Assembly: GCA_027317865.1 (NCBI GenBank)
Contig: DAHVQG010000001.1
Location: forward strand, 160,001-224,000
From: Bdellovibrionales bacterium
Lineage (GTDB): Bacteria > Bdellovibrionota > Bdellovibrionia > Bdellovibrionales > UBA1609
Direction of reading: 5' to 3'
Length of the DNA: 64,000 nucleotides
Shown: in pieces, positions 57,095 to 64,000 of the stretch
How positions within the stretch are numbered: position 1 is the first letter of the stretch
Layout: the number at the start of each line of letters is the position of its first letter
The notes under the pieces: generated by a model
What the model was told of the DNA's origin: nothing
The model's input: the letters and a program-made list of their open reading frames with translations, nothing else
Databases searched by the model: none
Program-made: the position numbers and the translations under genes

Positions 57095-57769
57095 ATGAGC
57101 CAAAAATCTATAATCGTTTTGATTGCCAGCTTAATCACGGCTTTTGCTTCAGCAAGCTTTGCAAGCACAGCGGCCGCTAAAAATAATGCCGCTGAAAATT
57201 GTCGGCCGGCGCTCGTTTTGAATCCCGCGCAAATTTCGACGGAACTAACTGAAATGGCAAAAGACAAAAATGCGAATGTGCAGCTTAAAGATGAACTTGT
57301 TAAAGTCAAAGATGAGATGAGTCTACCTATTATTAAGGATATTCGCATTGCGAACTGGGTGGCCTCGGACAAAACAGATCTTCCGCTTTTTAACCAGTCG
57401 TGCGAAATGACCACGACTAAGCTCGGCGATAATACTGAAACACATTCGGTAAACATTCATTTTAAAATTCCAACTAAGGTTTCGGTTGAGATCATTCGGC
57501 ATTTAAAAGACGGAAAAATTAAAGTCGTCAAAGACTTGATCAATGTTGACCCTGCAGAAGCCGTGGCTGCGTTTAAACAAATGCGGGCTTACAACAAATC
57601 GATAAAAAGTTCGAGTCTAAAAGAGAAATTGGCGAATGAGCCTGTGTTCTCGACATTCAAAGACGCCACGGTTCGAATTGATGAAAGCAAAGACAAAGAC
57701 TTGCAAAGCGTAACGAATGACGTTCTCAAGGCGATTGGCAACGCGATTTCAACGCAACAGAATTCATAG
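57095..57769 (+). CDS. Hypothetical secreted protein
   Basis: Signal peptide ending ASFA, two Cys, AGGGAG RBS. Confidence 0.7.
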   Translation: MSQKSIIVLIASLITAFASASFASTAAAKNNAAENCRPALVLNPAQISTELTEMAKDKNANVQLKDELVKVKDEMSLPIIKDIRIANWVASDKTDLPLFNQSCEMTTTKLGDNTETHSVNIHFKIPTKVSVEIIRHLKDGKIKVVKDLINVDPAEAVAAFKQMRAYNKSIKSSSLKEKLANEPVFSTFKDATVRIDESKDKDLQSVTNDVLKAIGNAISTQQNS

Positions 57770-57784
57770 TGAGTTAAGCTCTCT

Positions 57785-57805
57785 CGGCCATATTTTTTAT
57801 GGCCG
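57785..57805. terminator. Hairpin between convergent genes
   Basis: CGGCCATA/TATGGCCG stem. Confidence 0.5.
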
Positions 57806-57812
57806 CCGGTAC

Positions 57813-59225
57813 TCAATCGAACATTTTGCCCGGATTAAGAATATGATCCGGGTCAAAAACCCGCTTTATTTCTTTCATGAGTTGAATTTCTTCCGCGCTT
57901 CGCGAGTAATGCAGAAACGGCTTTTTGACGAGCCCTACGCCGTGTTCGGCAGAAACGCTGCCTTCGAATTTTTCAATCATGCGAAACATTTTTTCATCGA
58001 CATGATGGCATCGCTCAACAAATTCGTTGCTCGACAAATTGTCTGGTTTGAGAATATTCACGTGCAAATTGCCGTCACCGATATGGCCAAACCACACCAC
58101 CTCAAACTCGGGATGTTCGCCCGCCAGAACCGCGGTCATTTCGTTTAAAAATTCCGGCACACGTGACACGCGAACCGAAATGTCGTTTTTGTACGGTTGT
58201 TTGTGACTTGTAGCCTCGGTTATGTCTTCGCGAAGTGCCCACAGTTCCGCCGCTTGTTTCGGGCTTTGGCTGATTACGCCGTCGACGACCAAACCTTCTT
58301 CGAGTAATTGGCCAAACAATTCCGTCGCTTGTTCGATGTATTCGTCCGATTCGCGTTCGAGCTCAATCAAAACAAAATATTTAGCCGCAGTTGAAAACGG
58401 CGGGCGCGCACCGTGAGCGGTCGTGTATTTTAGAGCGACGTCGGTAAACATTTCATAAGCAAAAATTGTAAATTGTGATTTGAACTGCGCGTAGATTTCC
58501 ATCACCGCTTCAAGGTCGTTGAGCCCCATTACAAAAACTACGAATTCTTTTGGAGGTTTAGCGAGTGCAACTGTGACTTCGGTGACAACCCCAAGCGTAC
58601 CCTCGCTGCCGATAAATAGTTGTCGCAAATCGTAACCGGTAGCGTTTTTTACAAGTGATTTGTTGAGTTCCAAGATATCGCCTCTACCGGTCACGACTTT
58701 GAGCCCCGCGACCCATTGCCGGGTCAAGCCATAGCGAATCACCTTAATGCCGCCCGCATTGGTAGCGACATTGCCGCCAATTTGACTTGAACCGCGAGAA
58801 GCGAAGTCGACAGGATAGTAAAACCCGTGTTCACGCGCGTACTTTTGTACCTGTTCGGTGACGACCCCCGCATCGCAACGGAGGGTTTGATCGAACGCGT
58901 CCAGTTCAAGAATTCGATTCATTTTTTGCAGACTTACGACCACTTCTTGTTGGGTGGCATAGGCGCCGGCGCTCAATCCTGTTCGACCGCCCGAAGGCAC
59001 CAGCGCGGTGCGAGTGCGACGTGCCCAATTGACGATGGTTTTCACCTCTTCGGTCGATTTCGGTAACAGTACAGCTGAAGCGTTTGCGGTGAAGTGTTTG
59101 GTCCAGTCCTTACCGTATTCAGCAAGGCTTTCAGGGTCGGTGCGGATTTCAATACCTTTGAGTGCGGGGAGTTCGGCCAACCGGTTTTTCTCCGAAGATG
59201 TTTTTGGGGAATTATTTTTGTCCAT
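57813..59225 (-). CDS. FAD-linked oxidase, D-2-hydroxyglutarate dehydrogenase-like
   Basis: PSGGRTGLSAGA, IGGNVATNAGG, GSEGTLG, GHIGDGNLH, SAEHGVG, LNPGK. Confidence 0.85.
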   Translation of the reverse strand: MDKNNSPKTSSEKNRLAELPALKGIEIRTDPESLAEYGKDWTKHFTANASAVLLPKSTEEVKTIVNWARRTRTALVPSGGRTGLSAGAYATQQEVVVSLQKMNRILELDAFDQTLRCDAGVVTEQVQKYAREHGFYYPVDFASRGSSQIGGNVATNAGGIKVIRYGLTRQWVAGLKVVTGRGDILELNKSLVKNATGYDLRQLFIGSEGTLGVVTEVTVALAKPPKEFVVFVMGLNDLEAVMEIYAQFKSQFTIFAYEMFTDVALKYTTAHGARPPFSTAAKYFVLIELERESDEYIEQATELFGQLLEEGLVVDGVISQSPKQAAELWALREDITEATSHKQPYKNDISVRVSRVPEFLNEMTAVLAGEHPEFEVVWFGHIGDGNLHVNILKPDNLSSNEFVERCHHVDEKMFRMIEKFEGSVSAEHGVGLVKKPFLHYSRSAEEIQLMKEIKRVFDPDHILNPGKMFD

Positions 59226-59292
59226 TCGCAATATCCTTGCTGATTGAGCTGTCAGGGCCTAATGTAGACAACGTCTAACCAACCATAAAATT

Positions 59293-60738
59293 ATGAAAAT
59301 CCTTGAGCGATTGCAACTTAACAATGTCCACTTTGAGGGCGCCAGTGAAATCGGAAAAACTACATTTTCTTCGGTCCCGTTTATAGCGGCTGGGTTGCTT
59401 TCGGCAGCGGTATGTTCGCTCTATTTAAAGCTCTTTTTATATTCTGAAAATGTGGCCATGCGCGTGTTCCATCAACATGAATGGCAATTGCTTATCATTT
59501 GTCCGGTCGTTTTTGTACTGGCGACTTGGATTGTCCGCCGGTTTGCCCCTGGTAACGGTGGTAGCGGTATCCCGCAAGTCATGGCGACGATGATGGCCGA
59601 CGATATGGTGGCTGCAAACCCATCTGAAACACAAGTTAATCCCGAAATGGTTTCGCACCGATTTCTCAATTGGCGCGTTTTACCAGTCAAAATTCTCAGT
59701 TGTTGTATTGGCTCGCTTGGGGGCGGAGGTATTGGTCCTGAAGGGCCGTGCGTTCAACTCTCGGCCGTTGTGTTTCGGATGACCCGCGATTTTTGGAAGC
59801 GTGTATTTGGCACGGAGCTTTCTTTTTATAACATGCTGGTGGCTGGCGGCGCAGGTGGTATAGCGGCCGCTTTTAATACGCCTCTCGGCGGTATTATGTT
59901 TGGCCTTGAACATATGGCCAAATCGCACGTTGCAACGATTCGTTTAGGGACAATCGAAGCCGTCATCGCTTGCGGTTTTCTTTCGCAATTATTAAACGGC
60001 CCGTACTTGTACCTCGGCTTTCCGGTACTGAGCACGGTGGGCTGGCGCGACCTGCTTTTGGTTTTGGGGATAAGTTTTTTTGGCGGTATTGCTGGCGCAT
60101 TATTTGGCGTGTTTCTGCGAAAAATTATTTGTTGGCGCCGTAATTTAAGCACAAAAGGTTTGTACACGTGGTCGGTTATTGCCGGTTTGGCGACAGCCGT
60201 TTTAATCATAATAGTCGGCGAAAGCGCGTTGGGCTCCGGCCACGAGTTGATGAAAGAAATTTTGTTTAAGAACGAGCCGACCACCGTATTTCATTCGGCG
60301 TTAACCTGCATCGCCCGTTTTGTTTCGCCGCTTTTTGTGGCATGTAGCGAAGTGGCGGCCGGTATTTTTGCGCCGTCTTTGGCGGCCGGCGCGGCGATTG
60401 GTCAGTTTTTCAGTCAAGTTTTTAACCCTTCGATCGCCCATTTATCCGCTATTTGCGGCATGATCGCCTTTTTAACGGGAATGACCCGCACTCCGCTTAC
60501 TGCTTTTGTGATTATGATGGAAATGACCGATCGCCACACTGCCATTTTCGCAATGATGTTGGCCGCAATCGTCGCGTTTATTTCGGCACGGGCCGTTGAG
60601 AAAGAGCCGTTTTACGACCAAATGGCCGAGATTTATTTAGGCCGTAAAACGGTAACGGCGGGAGTTGCACCCCCATCGGCGGCGCCAGTGTCCAAACCGG
60701 CAGAAGCGGTGACTGAGACTGATACCGATGTGGATTAG
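59293..60738 (+). CDS. CLC-family chloride transporter/channel
   Basis: GSGIP, GPEGP, AAAFNTPLGG, GIFAP, FYD. Confidence 0.92.
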   Translation: MKILERLQLNNVHFEGASEIGKTTFSSVPFIAAGLLSAAVCSLYLKLFLYSENVAMRVFHQHEWQLLIICPVVFVLATWIVRRFAPGNGGSGIPQVMATMMADDMVAANPSETQVNPEMVSHRFLNWRVLPVKILSCCIGSLGGGGIGPEGPCVQLSAVVFRMTRDFWKRVFGTELSFYNMLVAGGAGGIAAAFNTPLGGIMFGLEHMAKSHVATIRLGTIEAVIACGFLSQLLNGPYLYLGFPVLSTVGWRDLLLVLGISFFGGIAGALFGVFLRKIICWRRNLSTKGLYTWSVIAGLATAVLIIIVGESALGSGHELMKEILFKNEPTTVFHSALTCIARFVSPLFVACSEVAAGIFAPSLAAGAAIGQFFSQVFNPSIAHLSAICGMIAFLTGMTRTPLTAFVIMMEMTDRHTAIFAMMLAAIVAFISARAVEKEPFYDQMAEIYLGRKTVTAGVAPPSAAPVSKPAEAVTETDTDVD

Positions 60739-60744
60739 TGTCGA

Positions 60745-61125
60745 TTAGTTCGCCGCACTCTTAACTTGATTGAATTCTTGTACTTCAGCTAGGTTCAACT
60801 GTTGGCCGGTTTTTCGACTATCAACTATACGATGCAATACGGTAAGTGCGACGCGAACGGTTTCGGCAGCGTGGGCTAAATCGGTTTGTTTGTCGGGTGT
60901 CGCTCCAGCGGCATTGAGACAAATTTTTTCGACCACGGCGCACAACTCGCTGATTTCAGGAATTCCGTAAGTTTTGCCTGTGCCTTTGAGTTTATGAAAA
61001 TCTTCGCGCAACCGTACAAATTCGCGCGCTTTGAGATGCGATTCAATTTCAGAAAACTTTTGCGGAAAGCTCGCCAGGTATTCCGTACGCAGTTCCGCCA
61101 TCATTTGTTCAAATGAAGAGTCCAT
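60745..61125 (-). CDS. Stand-alone Hpt phosphotransfer protein
   Basis: FHKLKGTGKTYG. Confidence 0.85.
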   Translation of the reverse strand: MDSSFEQMMAELRTEYLASFPQKFSEIESHLKAREFVRLREDFHKLKGTGKTYGIPEISELCAVVEKICLNAAGATPDKQTDLAHAAETVRVALTVLHRIVDSRKTGQQLNLAEVQEFNQVKSAAN

Positions 61126-61134
61126 CGCGCTACC

Positions 61135-62481
61135 TCAAACTACAGCCCGCAACTGGGCGTTTGCTGTGCGCCGCCATTTGGGGACGGTAAAATAAAACGT
61201 CGACCCGTCACCTGGACGTGAGCGCACGCCAATTGTTCCACCATGCTGTTCAACAAGAGTTTTGGCAATGGCGAGACCAAGTCCGGTACCTTTGACCAGC
61301 GGATTTTGCGGACTCGACGCTTGCCGAAATTTTTCAAATATGAGCGCTTGATCTTCGGGAGCAATGCCGCGGCCTTTATCATGCACTTCAACTGTCAATT
61401 CACCCGGTTCGGCGTCGCAAACGATCTTAACGGTTACGGCTTGGCCCTTAGGACTATATTTAACAGCATTCGAGAGTAAATTCGTTAACACCTGTTGAAT
61501 TCGATCGCTATCAACGTACAGTTCGTATCCGTCGGTGTCGGCGTGTTCGAGACGAACTTGAGCCGTTTGACAAAAGCCCGACAGCCGCTGAAACGTGTTC
61601 GATATAAGATCGTGAGATGAAATCCAAGCCGGGTGTAACGGAAATTGTCGCGCTTCAATTTTGGCTAAATCTAACAGTTCGTTGATGAGGCGAATCAACC
61701 GGTCGGTTTCGTCGAGGGCTATTGTCATGAGATTTTGCGCGCTTTCAGTGATCTTGCCCATGATCCCCGAATTGAGAAGCGCGAGCGACCCTTTAATCGA
61801 GGTGAGCGGAGTACGCAGTTCGTGACTGGCGATACTTAAAAAATCCGATTTTGCTTTATCAAGTGATTTGAGCTCCTCGATTTGACCGAGCACTTGCTGC
61901 GCCATTCGGTCAAAAGCGCTTTGCAATTCACCGATTTCATTCGGTTCGGGCACCGCGAACTCATACGAGTAGCGGTTGTGTACAAATTCTTCCATCCGTT
62001 TTGATAAATCGCGAAGCGGGGCAAATAAATAAAGAAGCACGTAAAATAAAAGGCCAAACGAAAAAAACAGGGTGGAGGCGACGGTCAGTGAACCAAAGAA
62101 TTTTGCCCGTCTCGAAAAATAATCGATGAGCGGATGCAAATAACTGCGATATTCATTTTCACTTCGCGATAGAAAACGCAGATTTTTTGTAGAAGGATTT
62201 TTCAATACGGCTTTGACCGCGTCAGCGCGAAATTCGGGTTGCAATTTTTTTGCCCGCACTCGCCAATTTTGAATCCATTTGTCGGTTTTTTGGCTGGTGT
62301 TGCCCGAAAGCGACTTGTATTTATACGCGATCATCGCGTCGACAAGATCGTAACTCTGCGCCAAATCGGAATTCAACTGCGAGAATTGTTCAAACGAGGC
62401 AAAGGTTAGAAAACCCGACGCCACCACGATTGAGAGGCAGATAGCCGATATCACTAACAAACGCGCGCGAATCGACTTCAC
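61135..62481 (-). CDS. Membrane HAMP sensor histidine kinase
   Basis: 2 TM, HAMP (NEIGEL), SHELRTPL, NAVKY, GTGLGL. Confidence 0.93.
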   Translation of the reverse strand: MKSIRARLLVISAICLSIVVASGFLTFASFEQFSQLNSDLAQSYDLVDAMIAYKYKSLSGNTSQKTDKWIQNWRVRAKKLQPEFRADAVKAVLKNPSTKNLRFLSRSENEYRSYLHPLIDYFSRRAKFFGSLTVASTLFFSFGLLFYVLLYLFAPLRDLSKRMEEFVHNRYSYEFAVPEPNEIGELQSAFDRMAQQVLGQIEELKSLDKAKSDFLSIASHELRTPLTSIKGSLALLNSGIMGKITESAQNLMTIALDETDRLIRLINELLDLAKIEARQFPLHPAWISSHDLISNTFQRLSGFCQTAQVRLEHADTDGYELYVDSDRIQQVLTNLLSNAVKYSPKGQAVTVKIVCDAEPGELTVEVHDKGRGIAPEDQALIFEKFRQASSPQNPLVKGTGLGLAIAKTLVEQHGGTIGVRSRPGDGSTFYFTVPKWRRTANAQLRAVV

Positions 62482-62487
62482 TGACCG

Positions 62488-62868
62488 TCACCCCGCTTTG
62501 TTATTAACTGCTGAGCTTAAGATATTTTCAATTTGTGAGCACAATTGAAGCGGATCAAAAGGTTTAGCAATATACCCGACGGTCATAGGGCGAAATTCTT
62601 CAACACGCGCCGTTTGCGGATTGGCACTTAAGAAAATTATGGGGGCTGTCGGTTGGCCCAACTGGCGGATTTCGTTGCATACGTCGGCGCCGCTTTTGTG
62701 CGGCATCATTTCGTCAAGTAAGATCACGTCAAACTGACCGGTCATCGCGTTTGACTTAGCCGCATTGCCGTCCGCGACCCATGTCACCTGGTGATGGCCG
62801 ACATGTTCAAGAGCCAAGCGCGCGATAGTCGCAATGTTCGGATCGTCTTCACATAAAAGAATATTCAT
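62488..62868 (-). CDS. Single-domain response regulator
   Basis: EDD, LLDEMMP, KPF; ATGA overlap with the upstream gene. Confidence 0.9.
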   Translation of the reverse strand: MNILLCEDDPNIATIARLALEHVGHHQVTWVADGNAAKSNAMTGQFDVILLDEMMPHKSGADVCNEIRQLGQPTAPIIFLSANPQTARVEEFRPMTVGYIAKPFDPLQLCSQIENILSSAVNNKAG

Positions 62869-63566
62869 GCGGCTCCCTTCAGCTGGCGTGTTGCTTGACC
62901 AATCCACACCCGAACTCGCTTGTAAAAGGCATCATTTGTTGTGACGAAGGCGACATTAATCTCGTACCCATTTTCAGTTTTTCGACACGAAACCACCTTT
63001 AATGGCGGTGGATTTTTTATTTCAAGTTTGCGAAAAAAATCCGTCGTCACTTGAACTGTTGTACCTTCGGCAATTTCAACATTGGAGTGCAGAATAAGGC
63101 CGAGCTCATTGAGCTGGATCAGCCTCGCTTCGGTTGCGATTTGGGCGACGGCGTATGTTGATCCGGCGGGTAAATCGTAGTGAAGACGGTCAGTCGGCGG
63201 TTTTTTTCGAAATAGGCCGTCTACTTTTTCAAGAAGCAACATGGGGTCAATTGGTTTAATGATGTAATCGTCCACTCCTGCGCGGATGGCCTTTTCAATA
63301 TCCTTCTTTTCGCGAAGTCCGGTAAGCATTGCAATCGACATTCGTTCAAAACGTTTATTGTTTTTGATCGTGCGAACCAATTCGAATCCAGAAAATTGCG
63401 GCATGTTGGCGTCAGTGATCAAAAGATCGTATCTCGAAGCATTGAGCAGATCCATTGCGCGAATCGCGTCGTTCGCCGTGAACACTTCGTGTTTGCTCAC
63501 ACTCAATACTTTTTCGACGACGCGGAGAACGTCCGGATCGTCATCCACTACTAAAATTCGCGCCAT
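62865..63566 (-). CDS. Response regulator with C-terminal PilZ-like beta domain
   Basis: REC domain (DDD, TDANMP, KP); C-terminal LNELG..VVSC..INVAF is only loosely PilZ-like. Confidence 0.75.
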   Translation of the reverse strand: MARILVVDDDPDVLRVVEKVLSVSKHEVFTANDAIRAMDLLNASRYDLLITDANMPQFSGFELVRTIKNNKRFERMSIAMLTGLREKKDIEKAIRAGVDDYIIKPIDPMLLLEKVDGLFRKKPPTDRLHYDLPAGSTYAVAQIATEARLIQLNELGLILHSNVEIAEGTTVQVTTDFFRKLEIKNPPPLKVVSCRKTENGYEINVAFVTTNDAFYKRVRVWIGQATRQLKGAA

Positions 63567-63572
63567 ATAAAG

Positions 63573-63752
63573 TTATGTCGGCGAGTTGATGCGAAAAATC
63601 CAGTAGATAAAGCAACTACCGAAACTAGCGGTTGCGATAAAATAAATACCGACAAACGCCCAATGCGGGCCCCCGGCGATGGCCCAGGTGAGAAGTAAAA
63701 TGCCGATGATGTAACGTAGGATTCGCTCCCACAGGCGGACATTTCGTTGCAC
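63573..63752 (-). CDS. DUF2892/YgaP-like small membrane protein
   Basis: NV...ERILR, 2 TM, CFIY..F.INS; GTG start at 63752. Confidence 0.8.
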   Translation of the reverse strand: MQRNVRLWERILRYIIGILLLTWAIAGGPHWAFVGIYFIATASFGSCFIYWIFRINSPT

Positions 63753-63800
63753 GATAATCAGTGTAGCGCGCATCGAAGATTTTTGCCATACTCTCACTGC

Positions 63801-64000
63801 ATGAGTCGCAAGTTATTTGCCGGAATTGCAATACCCAAATCGAAAGTTGAGACGCTCGAACAGTCGTTGGCTCGCCTTAAACGAACGGCCCACGAGCGCG
63901 AATTTCAAATGCAGTGGGTACCAAAGGCTAACTGGCACATTACGCTATGGTACTTTGGTCCGTCGACGGTTGAAGAAGAAAAGACTATTCGTGAGCGGTT
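63801..64000 (+). CDS. thpR: RNA 2',3'-cyclic phosphodiesterase (2H family), 3' truncated by the window edge
   Basis: Hand-translated MSRKLFAGIAIP...WVPKANWHITLWYFG, containing the HxT motif. Confidence 0.85.
   Translation, partial: MSRKLFAGIAIPKSKVETLEQSLARLKRTAHEREFQMQWVPKANWHITLWYFGPSTVEEEKTIRER

Overview
This is a bacterial chromosomal window. The RpoA and RpoB N-termini, the gene content and the Cys-rich secreted proteins suggest Bdellovibrionota, which is an inference. Positions 1-6.6 kb carry ntrY/ntrX-like two-component genes, proS, sprT, pyrF and rlmB. Positions 6.7-37 kb are the core translation/transcription supercluster: 5 tRNAs, tuf, secE-nusG, rplKAJL, rpoBC, and the str, S10, spc and alpha operons. 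rpmG, rplX, rpsN, rpsD, map, infA and a second tuf are missing from their usual slots, and the EF-G has a degenerate domain IV. Positions 37-49.5 kb are accessory: an XRE regulator with a 10-bp phased repeat array, secreted proteins, a 1.4-kb HigBA mini-island inserted in the 3' end of tRNA-Arg(TCT), and two tandem PKD lipoproteins. The two lipoproteins carry an unrecognised Cys/His/Asp/Trp-rich domain on Gly-Ser tethers, and one is fused to an LruC/DUF4842-like domain. Positions 49.6-64 kb hold a sigma54 regulator-cdsA-like-plsC-korAB operon, serA with a D-2-hydroxyglutarate dehydrogenase-like gene, a CLC transporter, a phosphorelay cluster and a partial thpR. Seven genes show a leaderless-mRNA promoter signature. 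All family calls rest on motif recognition by eye; no searches were run.
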